DNA of 64,000 bases from Methylophilales bacterium 28-44-11 (GTDB lineage Bacteria > Pseudomonadota > Gammaproteobacteria > Burkholderiales > Methylophilaceae): contig NCGC01000001.1 of NCBI GenBank assembly GCA_002281475.1, positions 21,264 through 85,263 of the forward strand. The letters run 5' to 3'. The translations under genes and the position numbers were made by a program. Shown in pieces: positions 1 through 9,073 of this stretch. Numbering within the stretch: the stretch's first letter is position 1; each line of letters opens with the position of its first letter. Below the pieces are notes generated by a model. It was not told the origin of the DNA, did not search any database, and worked only from the letters and a program-made list of their open reading frames with translations.

Positions 1-71
1 ATTTAACTAGCTTACAAGCAATTGTTTTGAATTGCTATAGCCTGTTGATATGAGGCGTTATATAAACCAAA

Positions 72-971
72 TTAAAATTTCCAATAATGGTCCACCAGCA
101 AAGCCGCAAAAATCAAACTCAAGTAAAGTATCGAATATTTAAATGTACGCTTGGCTAAATCGTCTGAATATTTTCGGTATAAGCCAATCACATAGGCCAT
201 AAATATTGCATTTAGTGTGGTTGAACTCACTAAATAGATCATTCCACTCATGCCTAGTCCATAAGGCATTAAAGACACCACCACCAAAATAATGGTATAG
301 AGCAGAATGTGAAGCAAAGTAAACGCCTCACCGTGCGTCACTGGCAACATAGGCATGCCTACTTTTGCATACTCCTCACGACGATAAAGTGCGAGTGCCC
401 AAAAATGCGGTGGCGTCCATGCAAAAATAATTAAAAACATGATGAGTGATTCTGGTGATACGGTGTTATTGACTGCGGCCCAACCCAAAATCGGCGGCAT
501 TGCACCAGAGGCTCCGCCAATCACGATATTCATTGGGGTCGCTGGTTTAAGAAACACCGTATAAATGACCGCATATCCGACAAATGTGGCAAACGTTAGC
601 CACATGGTCAAGGGATTGATAAACACATAAAGAATTGCCAAACCAACACCGCCTAAAATGGTGGCAAACACCATGGTCTCCATATGAGAGACTTGACCTG
701 TAGGGAGGGGGCGTCCACGCGTACGTGCCATTACGGCATCAATTTTGTGTTCTATTAAGCAATTAAAGGCAGCGGCAGCGCCAGAAGAGAATGCAACCCC
801 GACCGTGGTTGCCACTAAAATATTCCATGGCACCATGCCAGGTGTCGCCATAAACATGCCGATTATCGCAGTAAATACAATGAGTGCTGTCACACGTGGT
901 TTACACAACGCGTAAAAATTTTTGACACTGACGCCAAACGCATCCAACTGATTTGCTAAACTCACACTCAA
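72..971 (-). CDS. cyoE: protoheme IX farnesyltransferase (heme O synthase)
   Basis: KPRV start motif, [26 protein letters not shown]; last gene of cox operon. Confidence 0.97.
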   Translation of the reverse strand: MSVSLANQLDAFGVSVKNFYALCKPRVTALIVFTAIIGMFMATPGMVPWNILVATTVGVAFSSGAAAAFNCLIEHKIDAVMARTRGRPLPTGQVSHMETMVFATILGGVGLAILYVFINPLTMWLTFATFVGYAVIYTVFLKPATPMNIVIGGASGAMPPILGWAAVNNTVSPESLIMFLIIFAWTPPHFWALALYRREEYAKVGMPMLPVTHGEAFTLLHILLYTIILVVVSLMPYGLGMSGMIYLVSSTTLNAIFMAYVIGLYRKYSDDLAKRTFKYSILYLSLIFAALLVDHYWKF

Positions 972-1001
972 TTCAAACTCACTTTATCTCGATAATTGCC
1001 A

Positions 1002-1982
1002 TTAGGCGCGTGCAGTAATTTTGGAGTTAAACACCATCACAATGACTACCAGGAGCGCAGCACCAAAATTATGTGCCACCGCCAATACCAAAGGCAAATG
1101 TAATACTAGATTGGCTACACCCAACGAAATCTGAGCAAACAACACAACCAGCAAAGCAATACTTAATATTTTTAACTGCGCGTATTTTAAACCATTTACT
1201 GCGATAAAACCTAAATAAATCAAGGTAATGACTGCCCCCACACGATGTGTCCATTGTATGGCTGTTAATGAAGCCAAAGTGAGATTTCCACCATCCGCAC
1301 TTTGTCCGAGTTCTCGATACAAATGAAACGCATCTTTAAAATCCATAGGCGGTATCATTTGCCCATGGCAAGTCGGAAAGTCGGTACACGCCAACGCTGC
1401 ATAGTTGGTGCTGGTCCAGCCACCTAAGAAAATCTGTGCAAATAACACTAGCACTGCCAACCTAATCGCCCAATAATAAACATTTGGCAGTGCCCGACGG
1501 CTCATCTGCGCTCCCCAATGTCGATGGGCAATCCACACCAAAATGGCTAGGGTGCTCATCCCTCCCAATAAATGGGCACTGACGACTGCTGGTTTTAGCA
1601 GCATAGTGACTGTCCACATTCCCAACATGGCTTGAAACACAATTAACCCAGCTAGGCCAGTGGTAAGCCAAGGCGAGGTTTTGATGGACGTAGATTTTTT
1701 CCAACCTAATATAAAAAGTGCCAACACCATTAAGCCCAAAACCCCCGCCACATAGCGATGTATCATTTCTTTCCATGCTTTACCTGTTTCTACTGGGCTA
1801 TCCGGGTAAACTGTTTGGGCATGTACAATCGCATCCACGCTTTGTGGCACCGTCAACGTGCCGTAACATCCAGGCCAATCTGGACAGCCTAAACCAGCGT
1901 CTGAGAGTCGTACATAAGCGCCCAAGGAGACTAAACATAGCGCTGTGATTACTGCAATGATACTTAATCGTTTGAATAACAT
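1002..1982 (-). CDS. ctaA: COX15/CtaA heme A synthase
   Basis: GLGCPDWPGCYG, EMIHRY, CTDFPTC, HNFGA motifs. Confidence 0.95.
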   Translation of the reverse strand: MLFKRLSIIAVITALCLVSLGAYVRLSDAGLGCPDWPGCYGTLTVPQSVDAIVHAQTVYPDSPVETGKAWKEMIHRYVAGVLGLMVLALFILGWKKSTSIKTSPWLTTGLAGLIVFQAMLGMWTVTMLLKPAVVSAHLLGGMSTLAILVWIAHRHWGAQMSRRALPNVYYWAIRLAVLVLFAQIFLGGWTSTNYAALACTDFPTCHGQMIPPMDFKDAFHLYRELGQSADGGNLTLASLTAIQWTHRVGAVITLIYLGFIAVNGLKYAQLKILSIALLVVLFAQISLGVANLVLHLPLVLAVAHNFGAALLVVIVMVFNSKITARA

Positions 1983-1995
1983 CTTGAAAAACCTT

Positions 1996-2601
1996 TTACC
2001 CTGCCCACGAGAATTTGAGTAGACGCACTAAATCTTTGCGTATGTTGACTGCTGGTGCATCTGATGGATAGCTCATCATGATATGCCCTAGCGGGTCAAT
2101 AAAATAGATTCTATTGGTCAACATTGCATTTTCATCGCGAATATTAAATTGCTGTGCTAACGCACTGATATTGTCCGCAGATCCATTCAATATCATGATG
2201 TCAGGATACATTTCCACCAACTTTGTCACATCTGTTTGCCGAGTGATCAGCACACGTTGTACGCGCAACATGTCTTTATAAGTAGACACATGAATTTGAC
2301 GTATGTCGTGTAACTTGCTTAAGCATTGAGCTTCGCATGTTTCAGCTACGACCACCAAATTCCATTTATCACCCCAAAATTTCGTTTGAGGTACACCTTT
2401 ATAATCTGATAATGTCGCTTGTGTTTGGACTAAGCGTGGTGGCTGTATCAGTTCACCTTGGCTCTGACCGCCAGGTCGCCAATCATACTTAATCATCAAC
2501 ACTACAATCACAATGGGTACAGTAAAGAAAATAGCCATCATAATAAAAATCATGCGCCCTCTTCGTTGCTGCGCGCTATCAATCATTAATTCATTCTGCA
2601 T
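1996..2601 (-). CDS. SCO-like thioredoxin-fold membrane-anchored oxidase assembly protein
   Basis: N-terminal TM helix, CxxxC (CEAQC), YFIDPLG motif, cox operon context. Confidence 0.75.
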   Translation of the reverse strand: MQNELMIDSAQQRRGRMIFIMMAIFFTVPIVIVVLMIKYDWRPGGQSQGELIQPPRLVQTQATLSDYKGVPQTKFWGDKWNLVVVAETCEAQCLSKLHDIRQIHVSTYKDMLRVQRVLITRQTDVTKLVEMYPDIMILNGSADNISALAQQFNIRDENAMLTNRIYFIDPLGHIMMSYPSDAPAVNIRKDLVRLLKFSWAG

Positions 2602-2604
2602 GCT

Positions 2605-3357
2605 TTACTCTTCTTCTTTAATGCGACTCACGCCGGTGTATAAATATATCGCCAATGTTGCAAATGCAAATCCAAACCATTGATAGGCGTATCCTAAATT
2701 GGTCATGATTTTACTCGGCGGCATTTGCCAATTTCTAACAAAGCCACCCGAAGCCTGTTGTGGATCAAGCTTAATAATGACATCCAGCACTTGAATTGGT
2801 GCGGTCTTCTGGTATTTTTTCATATCTAAATGTTGCCAAACCATTTCCCATTTTGTGGCATCGAGTTTGCTAGTGTCAGCCTTAGCTTCAAGGGTAAATA
2901 TCTTATCAGAAGGCAACCACACCATGCCTTTTATCTCTTGCTTGCCTTCTTGGGTTTCTATATCTGGAATGGTTTGATGGTTCGCTGACCCTGCTACCCA
3001 TCCTCGGTTGACCAATACGTATGTTTGCGTATTTTCAATTTTAAAAGGGGTAATGACATGAAACCCAGCCAAGCTATTTTCAACCTGATTATCAATCAGA
3101 AACTGATATTGCGTTTCATATTGACCAAGTACTCGCACTTGTTGAAACTGCAGCGTTTGTGGGTTGGTCATATAATCAGTTAAATTTGCGGTTTGCTTAC
3201 CTAAACTTATTTGATATTGATCTTGGATAGATTGCCTTAAGGCTGCCTTGTTGTATTGCCATAAACCCAACTTTATAAAAAGTGGAATACATATCAGGAC
3301 GATCAATGTGCTTATCCAGTGGAGGTTTACTTGATAGTTCAGAAACTTAAATTGCAT
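2605..3357 (-). CDS. SURF1 family cytochrome oxidase biogenesis protein
   Basis: LGLWQ, LVNRGWV, GYAYQWF motifs. Confidence 0.93.
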   Translation of the reverse strand: MQFKFLNYQVNLHWISTLIVLICIPLFIKLGLWQYNKAALRQSIQDQYQISLGKQTANLTDYMTNPQTLQFQQVRVLGQYETQYQFLIDNQVENSLAGFHVITPFKIENTQTYVLVNRGWVAGSANHQTIPDIETQEGKQEIKGMVWLPSDKIFTLEAKADTSKLDATKWEMVWQHLDMKKYQKTAPIQVLDVIIKLDPQQASGGFVRNWQMPPSKIMTNLGYAYQWFGFAFATLAIYLYTGVSRIKEEE

Positions 3358-3407
3358 TTTTATTTAGCCAGTCGCATAATCTTTATAACTATCGTTTGGA
3401 CATTACC

Positions 3408-3608
3408 ATGTGGATTAAAATTGCAACAGTACTTGTGTTAATCATCATCATCAGCAGTCTTTTTTCGGCACTTTTCTTTTTAATCAAAGACAAAAGCGGA
3501 AATAATCGTACTGTAAAAGCTTTAACCGTGAGAATCGGACTATCCATTACGCTGTTTGTTGGGCTGATTATTGCAGCCTATTTCGGACTGATTGGGCACT
3601 CATTGTAA
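3408..3608 (+). CDS. DUF2909-type twin transmembrane helix small protein
   Basis: SLFSALFFL..RTVKALTVRIGLSI; typical opposite-strand position between coxC and SURF1. Confidence 0.85.
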   Translation: MWIKIATVLVLIIIISSLFSALFFLIKDKSGNNRTVKALTVRIGLSITLFVGLIIAAYFGLIGHSL

Positions 3609-3642
3609 TGTAATCGATTTATTGACTAAGGCACGTAAATGC

Positions 3643-3672
3643 AAAAGGGCGATGCAACAGCATCGCCCTTTT
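3643..3672. terminator. bidirectional intrinsic terminator
   Basis: AAAAGGGCGATGC-AACA-GCATCGCCCTTTT between convergent genes. Confidence 0.85.
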
Positions 3673-3684
3673 ATCTTGTATCAA

Positions 3685-4596
3685 TTAGAGCATGTATACA
3701 AAGATGAACAGACCCAACCAAACCACATCGACAAAGTGCCAATACCATGCAACACCTTCAAAACCAAAGTGATGTTCAGGCGTAAAATGACCCTTCATAC
3801 AACGCAACAAAATAACAATCAACATCAATGTACCAATGGTGACATGAAAACCATGGAAACCAGTTAACATGAAAAAGGTTGCGCCATATGCACCACTACC
3901 CAATGTTAAGCCCATTTCGGTATAGGCATGGTGATATTCCAAACCTTGGCAAATCAAGAAGGCAATACCCAACGCTACGGTTAGTGCCATACCAATAATT
4001 AATTGCTTACGGTTGTTTTTGATTAAACCCCAATGCGCCCAAGTAATGGTAGCACCAGAAGTCAATAACAAAATTGTATTGATCAGTGGTAAGCCCATCC
4101 AGTGCATCGGTTTGAATTCTGGGTTTGGCGCATATTCAGCTCCAAGTACATTACCGCCAGGACCTTGTGAAGGCCATACTGCTAAAAAGTCTTTGTAAGG
4201 AGTAATGTCTGGTGAGTAACTTGCCAAGTCTGGCACGGATAAAATACGCATATAAAACAATGCACCAAAGAATGCAGCAAAGAATGCAACTTCAGAAGCA
4301 ATAAATACCACCATACCGATACGGAACGATTTGTCTTCCCAGCTTTTGTATTTGCCGGTAATACTCTCAGTGACTACCGTACCAAGCCATTTGAACATCA
4401 TAAACAACACGACAGCTAAACCGAAATACATCATCCACTTACCAGGACCTTCAAGATAAGCCAATGAATTTCCACCGCGATCAGTCGCCACAGAAAAAAC
4501 AAAGCCAGCGGCCATCGACAACAAACCTGCTGAAAGTATGGAAGGGTATACACTTCCATGAGGAACGAAATATTGATTTTCTGAATGTGTTGCCAT
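3685..4596 (-). CDS. coxC: cytochrome c oxidase subunit III
   Basis: FIASEVAFF, TGFHGFHV, WYWHFVDVVW. Confidence 0.96.
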   Translation of the reverse strand: MATHSENQYFVPHGSVYPSILSAGLLSMAAGFVFSVATDRGGNSLAYLEGPGKWMMYFGLAVVLFMMFKWLGTVVTESITGKYKSWEDKSFRIGMVVFIASEVAFFAAFFGALFYMRILSVPDLASYSPDITPYKDFLAVWPSQGPGGNVLGAEYAPNPEFKPMHWMGLPLINTILLLTSGATITWAHWGLIKNNRKQLIIGMALTVALGIAFLICQGLEYHHAYTEMGLTLGSGAYGATFFMLTGFHGFHVTIGTLMLIVILLRCMKGHFTPEHHFGFEGVAWYWHFVDVVWLGLFIFVYML

Positions 4597-4656
4597 GTGC
4601 TAACTCCCAAGCATACTAATATTTATATTTAACAACGATTAAGTTATTGCTTTTCC

Positions 4657-4701
4657 CACTTCACTTACTAACACTTCACTTACTAACACTTCACTTACTA
4701 A
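4657..4701. repeat. tandem repeat 3 x 15 bp (CACTTCACTTACTAA)
   Basis: three perfect copies at 4657, 4672, 4687 in the ctaG-coxC spacer. Confidence 0.95.
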
Positions 4702-4713
4702 TTTGTGACTTTC

Positions 4714-5271
4714 CTAATTTAATGCTTTCTGATCTGGTGCTTTAAAAAAAGAGTACGACAATGTCATTTCTTTCACATCATCAGGCAAATCAGGACTTAC
4801 AAAAAATCTTAATGGCATTTCTTTAGTTTCACCAGACTTAAGTGCTTGGTTGACGAAACAAAAACATTCAATCTTTTTCAAATGACTTGAAGCTTTACCC
4901 GGTGTCACACTTGGCACCGCTTGACCAGACACTGTTTCACTGGTCGTATTTTTTGCTACAAAAATAACTGTTTCAATTTGTCCAGGATGCAGTGTGATAC
5001 TTGTTTGCTTAGGGTAAAAGTTCCAGCCTAACCCGGGCATCACTGCAGAAACAAATTGCACAGTAACCACTCGAGTGTTATCTACTTTAGCCTTTGCTAA
5101 CGTCGCAGCGGTATTATCAGTTTTACCATTTAATCCAGTGATCGAACAAAGCACGTCATACAATGGCACCAACGCAAATGCAAATAGCAAAGATCCAATG
5201 ACCACATACAACACTTTTATGGCTAATTTTTTGTTAGCTTTTTGTTGCTTTGTAGGTTGACTATCCGTCAA
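4714..5271 (-). CDS. ctaG: cytochrome c oxidase assembly protein CtaG/Cox11
   Basis: VPLYDVLCSITG, KIECFCF; exact start uncertain. Confidence 0.95.
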   Translation of the reverse strand: MTDSQPTKQQKANKKLAIKVLYVVIGSLLFAFALVPLYDVLCSITGLNGKTDNTAATLAKAKVDNTRVVTVQFVSAVMPGLGWNFYPKQTSITLHPGQIETVIFVAKNTTSETVSGQAVPSVTPGKASSHLKKIECFCFVNQALKSGETKEMPLRFFVSPDLPDDVKEMTLSYSFFKAPDQKALN

Positions 5272-5313
5272 TGTAGTTACTTCAATTCTTTACAAAAATT
5301 AATCAAATTGAAT

Positions 5314-5427
5314 CTAATGATTCCACACGGTAAAGATAGAAGCTACATACCAAACAAAAACAACTGCACCGATAATAAATGCAATTTTCTTATTACTAGA
5401 ACTTCTGGTTGCGTCTTTTTGTTTCAT
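5314..5427 (-). CDS. 37-aa single-TM small protein (putative oxidase small assembly protein)
   Basis: hand translation MKQKDATRSSSNKKIAFIIGAVVFVWYVASIFTVWNH*; lies between coxA and ctaG; below ORF track cutoff. Confidence 0.75.
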   Translation of the reverse strand: MKQKDATRSSSNKKIAFIIGAVVFVWYVASIFTVWNH

Positions 5428-5471
5428 TTGCAATGAGGCTTAGCATTGCTAAGCCTCTTATACCTTTATGA

Positions 5472-7064
5472 TTATTTAATTACAGGTTGCTCATTAAAGC
5501 TATGGTATGGCGGTGGTGAAGATAAAGTCCACTCCAAACCTTCTGCGCCTTCCCATACTTTATCGGTTGCTTTCTGACCACCCTTGGCACACATGATAAT
5601 GTTATAAACGAATAACAATTGTGACAAACCTAGGATAAATGCACCTACCGTTGAGATCATATTGAACTCAGTAAACTGCAAGGCATAATCTGGAATACGA
5701 CGTGGCATACCAGCTAAACCAACAAAGAATTGTGGAATAAAGGTTACATTGAATGAAATTGCAGTTAACCAGAAATGCACTTTACCCAATTTTTCGTTGT
5801 ACATATGTCCGGTCATTTTTGGTAACCAGTAATATACACCTGCCATGATACCCATAATGCCGCCAGCAAAGAGTGTGTAATGGAAGTGCGCTACCACAAA
5901 ATAACTATTATGGTATTGCGCATCTGCGGCAACGTCAGCAAGTACCAAGCCTGTTAAACCACCAATACCGAATAAGATAATCCAACCTACTGCAAACAAC
6001 ATTGGCGTTTCGAACGACATGGAGCCTTTCCACATGGTTTTAATCCAGCAGAAAAACAACACAGCTAGTGGAAGCGAAATCGCCATGGTGCTGTACATAA
6101 AGTAAAGCAATGCTGGCACCGGCATACCTGCAGTAAAGAAGTGATGCGCCCAAACAACCACAGCTAAAGCGCCAATCGCCCATAGTGAGTACACTTGTGC
6201 TTTGTAACCATACATCGGTTTACGTGAGAATGTTTGCAAGATTTGTGGAATAAAGCCCCAAACCGGCAATAACAAAATATACACTTCTGGGTGACCAAAG
6301 AACCAGAATAAATGCTGGAACATGATTGGGTCACCACCACCAGCTGCATCAAAGAAATGCGTACCAAAATGACGGTCTGTTAATAACATGGTCACAGCAC
6401 CCGCTAATACAGGAATTGTTGCCACTAACAAGAAAGCTGTAATCAACCAACCCCAAGCAAACATTGGCATTTTCATTAATGTCATACCAGGCGCACGCAT
6501 GTTGAACAGTGTCACAATGATGTTAATTGAACCCATTACTGAAGACACACCCAACAAGTGCACTGCAAAAATCGCAAAGTCCACACCAATACCGCCTTGC
6601 ACTGAAAGCGGTGGATAGAATGTCCAACCAGTCGCTAAGGCGCCATCACCAATCCCAAATAAAGCGAGCGTAAATGGCAGCGTGAGTAAAATGGCTGACG
6701 GTGGCAATAACCAAAAGCCCCAGTTATTCAAACGGGGTAATGCCATATCTGGCGCACCAATTTGTAACGGGATCATCCAGTTTGCAAAACCCGTAGCTGC
6801 TGGCATTAAAGCAGCAAAAATCATAATCAGGGCATGCACACCGATCAATTGGTTGTAAAAGTCTGGGTTCATCAATTGCAAGCCTGGTCTAAACAACTCA
6901 GCTCGAATACCCAAAACCATCAAACCACCCACTAAAAACATCACCAAAGAAAAGGTTAAATACATCGTACCAATGTCTTTGTGATTTGTTGTTGTCAACC
7001 AACGCATAATACCAGTTGGGTGATCACTGTGCTCTTCATGATGCGCTACAGTTGTAGTACTCAT
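5472..7064 (-). CDS. coxA: cytochrome c oxidase subunit I (A1-type GHPEVY; atypical K-channel)
   Basis: TTNHKDIG, GHPEVY, WAHH, AHFHY, GMPRR. Confidence 0.98.
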   Translation of the reverse strand: MSTTTVAHHEEHSDHPTGIMRWLTTTNHKDIGTMYLTFSLVMFLVGGLMVLGIRAELFRPGLQLMNPDFYNQLIGVHALIMIFAALMPAATGFANWMIPLQIGAPDMALPRLNNWGFWLLPPSAILLTLPFTLALFGIGDGALATGWTFYPPLSVQGGIGVDFAIFAVHLLGVSSVMGSINIIVTLFNMRAPGMTLMKMPMFAWGWLITAFLLVATIPVLAGAVTMLLTDRHFGTHFFDAAGGGDPIMFQHLFWFFGHPEVYILLLPVWGFIPQILQTFSRKPMYGYKAQVYSLWAIGALAVVVWAHHFFTAGMPVPALLYFMYSTMAISLPLAVLFFCWIKTMWKGSMSFETPMLFAVGWIILFGIGGLTGLVLADVAADAQYHNSYFVVAHFHYTLFAGGIMGIMAGVYYWLPKMTGHMYNEKLGKVHFWLTAISFNVTFIPQFFVGLAGMPRRIPDYALQFTEFNMISTVGAFILGLSQLLFVYNIIMCAKGGQKATDKVWEGAEGLEWTLSSPPPYHSFNEQPVIK

Positions 7065-7108
7065 AATGCTCTCCTAATCGCCTTCAGAACTATTTAAAAA
7101 ATACAAAA

Positions 7109-8275
7109 TTACTCACGTGCCGCTTTTACTTGAGCAGGTTGCACAATTGGATCTACTGTAGCAGCATTGCCAAGCGCTTGTCTTTCATAGGTAATGACTG
7201 CAGCTATTTCTGTATCGTTTAATGTAGCTTTCCATGCCGGCATCATGCCTTTACCATTCAACAAACGATCCATGTGACTGTCTTTTAAATATTTGCCGTC
7301 GGCGCCAAATACTGGGCCTAGAGCAATTTTGCTTCCTGTTAACGCAGGGAATGCAGGTGGTAAACCAGCACCTGATACTTGATGGCAAACAGCACAATTT
7401 TTCTCATAGACTGTTTTACCGAGTGCAACCAAATCATCTTTGGTCATTTCTTTGATTTCATTTGCGGCTTTTTGCTCTTCTTGTTTTTTCGCAGCCCATA
7501 CTTTGTATTCCTCCATTGGCACTGCATTGACAACAACTGGCATGTAGCCATGACCTTTACCACATAATTCTTTACACTGTCCGCGATAAGTGCCCGCTTT
7601 TTCAACTTGCACCCATGTTTCACGAATAAAGCCAGGTACTGCCACACGTGAAGAACCAAACTGTGGAACCCACCAGTTATGTAACACATCTGAAGCGGTC
7701 ATTAAAATACGGACTTTTTCACCAACTGGTAGCACCAAAGGATTGTCCACTTCTAATAGATAGTTTTCGCCTTTTTCAGCCTTGTTATGTAATTGATCAT
7801 CCGAAGTGGTGAGATTACTTACAAATTTAACACCTTTGGCATCACCATCTAGGTATTCATACTGCCAACGCCATTGCGAACCAGTAATCTTAATCACCAT
7901 GGTTGATTTGTCACGTGTATCTTCCATCATCACCACACTGTGGTAGGCAGGAATACCCATGATGACAAAGTCAATCAACAGTAAAATAGCAAAAGGAATA
8001 AGGGTCCAGAAAATTTCAACCGCTGTTGATGGTGCCTTATCAGCAACCGCTTGATAACCTTTGCTTTTACGATGTGCAAAGATTGAGTAAATCATGATAG
8101 CCAATACCGCGAAGAAAATAATCGCGGTAATAATCATAAATTTATTGTGTACATGCAATGTATCTAACGCCATTGGAGTCACTGGCTCAGGAAAGTTCCA
8201 ACTGTAATCCGCAAACACATTGAGCGAAGCCAGCAATCCCGCCAAACCTACCCCAATTTTTTTAAACACTTGCAT
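7109..8275 (-). CDS. coxB: cytochrome c oxidase subunit II with fused C-terminal cytochrome c (caa3-type)
   Basis: CuA motif H...CKELCGKGHGYM; CAVCH heme c motif; GGAG RBS before MQVFKK. Confidence 0.96.
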   Translation of the reverse strand: MQVFKKIGVGLAGLLASLNVFADYSWNFPEPVTPMALDTLHVHNKFMIITAIIFFAVLAIMIYSIFAHRKSKGYQAVADKAPSTAVEIFWTLIPFAILLLIDFVIMGIPAYHSVVMMEDTRDKSTMVIKITGSQWRWQYEYLDGDAKGVKFVSNLTTSDDQLHNKAEKGENYLLEVDNPLVLPVGEKVRILMTASDVLHNWWVPQFGSSRVAVPGFIRETWVQVEKAGTYRGQCKELCGKGHGYMPVVVNAVPMEEYKVWAAKKQEEQKAANEIKEMTKDDLVALGKTVYEKNCAVCHQVSGAGLPPAFPALTGSKIALGPVFGADGKYLKDSHMDRLLNGKGMMPAWKATLNDTEIAAVITYERQALGNAATVDPIVQPAQVKAARE

Positions 8276-8298
8276 CTCAAACGCTCCAAAAATCAAAT

Positions 8299-8760
8299 TT
8301 AGTTAATGTTTTTTAGTTTCTTTTTAAGCTCTCGCATCAGAACTATTCTTTGCTCATCATCGATAAAATATTTACCAAACTCTACTTCTTTACCGTGTGA
8401 ACCAATCATCAGCGCATTTTTACCCCCCACCGACTCTTTCACACTTACTTGCGTCCAATAGCGCTGAAATACATCAGCACTTGTTGCGCGACTACTTTTT
8501 TTCTCTACTAACACAGTATCACCGTCAATGGTGATACTTTCAAAATCTGCGGCATGGGCCCTGATGTGGTAGAACGCCAATGCAAAGGCCAAAAGCTCTA
8601 AGCCAGCGAATGGTAACACCAACCAAGCCCCTATGTGAGTAAAACCGATTGCAACTACCAATGCAATCACCCCAAGTACAGCCATTAACTTCATCGCACC
8701 TTCAGAGGACAGCGAATTATTTGGCCGTGCAATAATTTTGTAATCTAATACCGATAACAT
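8299..8760 (-). CDS. DUF2244 family membrane protein
   Basis: RPNNSLS, GAWLVLPFAGLE, VEFGKYF; typical first gene of betaproteobacterial cox operon. Confidence 0.85.
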   Translation of the reverse strand: MLSVLDYKIIARPNNSLSSEGAMKLMAVLGVIALVVAIGFTHIGAWLVLPFAGLELLAFALAFYHIRAHAADFESITIDGDTVLVEKKSSRATSADVFQRYWTQVSVKESVGGKNALMIGSHGKEVEFGKYFIDDEQRIVLMRELKKKLKNIN

Positions 8761-8937
8761 TGAGCAACCCTAGCGAAAGGAAAACTAAATATGTAACATG
8801 ATTCGGTAGGACTGTTACAAAGTGTTACAAGTTCGGGAAAAATAGCACAAAAAAAAGGCTTTTTCAAGCCTAAACGTGCATGCGCAAACGTTTCATGTAG
8901 TTATATACATTACTTATAGGTAAGTTTCTATAAATAG

Positions 8938-9024
8938 TGGTGCCGGGAGCCGGAATCGAACCGGCACGTTGTCGCCAACGCGGGATTTTGAGTCCCGTGC
9001 GTCTACCAATTCCGCCATCCCGGC
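8938..9024 (-). tRNA. tRNA-Leu (CAA)
   Basis: GCCGGGATGGCGGAATTGGTAGACGC..CT-CAA-AA..long variable arm..GTTCGATTCC..CCA. Confidence 0.97.
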
Positions 9025-9073
9025 ATGAGGTATATAATATGCAACTTCATTATTATAACAAGCTATTCGCATT

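Noticed and set aside
4657-4701. Repeat as a possible mini-CRISPR
   Set aside because: Units are contiguous 15-mers with no spacers, and there are no cas genes.
5436-5458. Hairpin sharing AGGCTTAG/CTAAGCCT arms with the palindrome at 46039-46060
   Set aside because: The arms are in opposite order and only 8 bp; probably coincidence, not a repeat family.
8938-9024. tRNA-Leu as an island or prophage integration site
   Set aside because: No integrase or duplicated 3' tRNA fragment was seen; both flanks are core genes.
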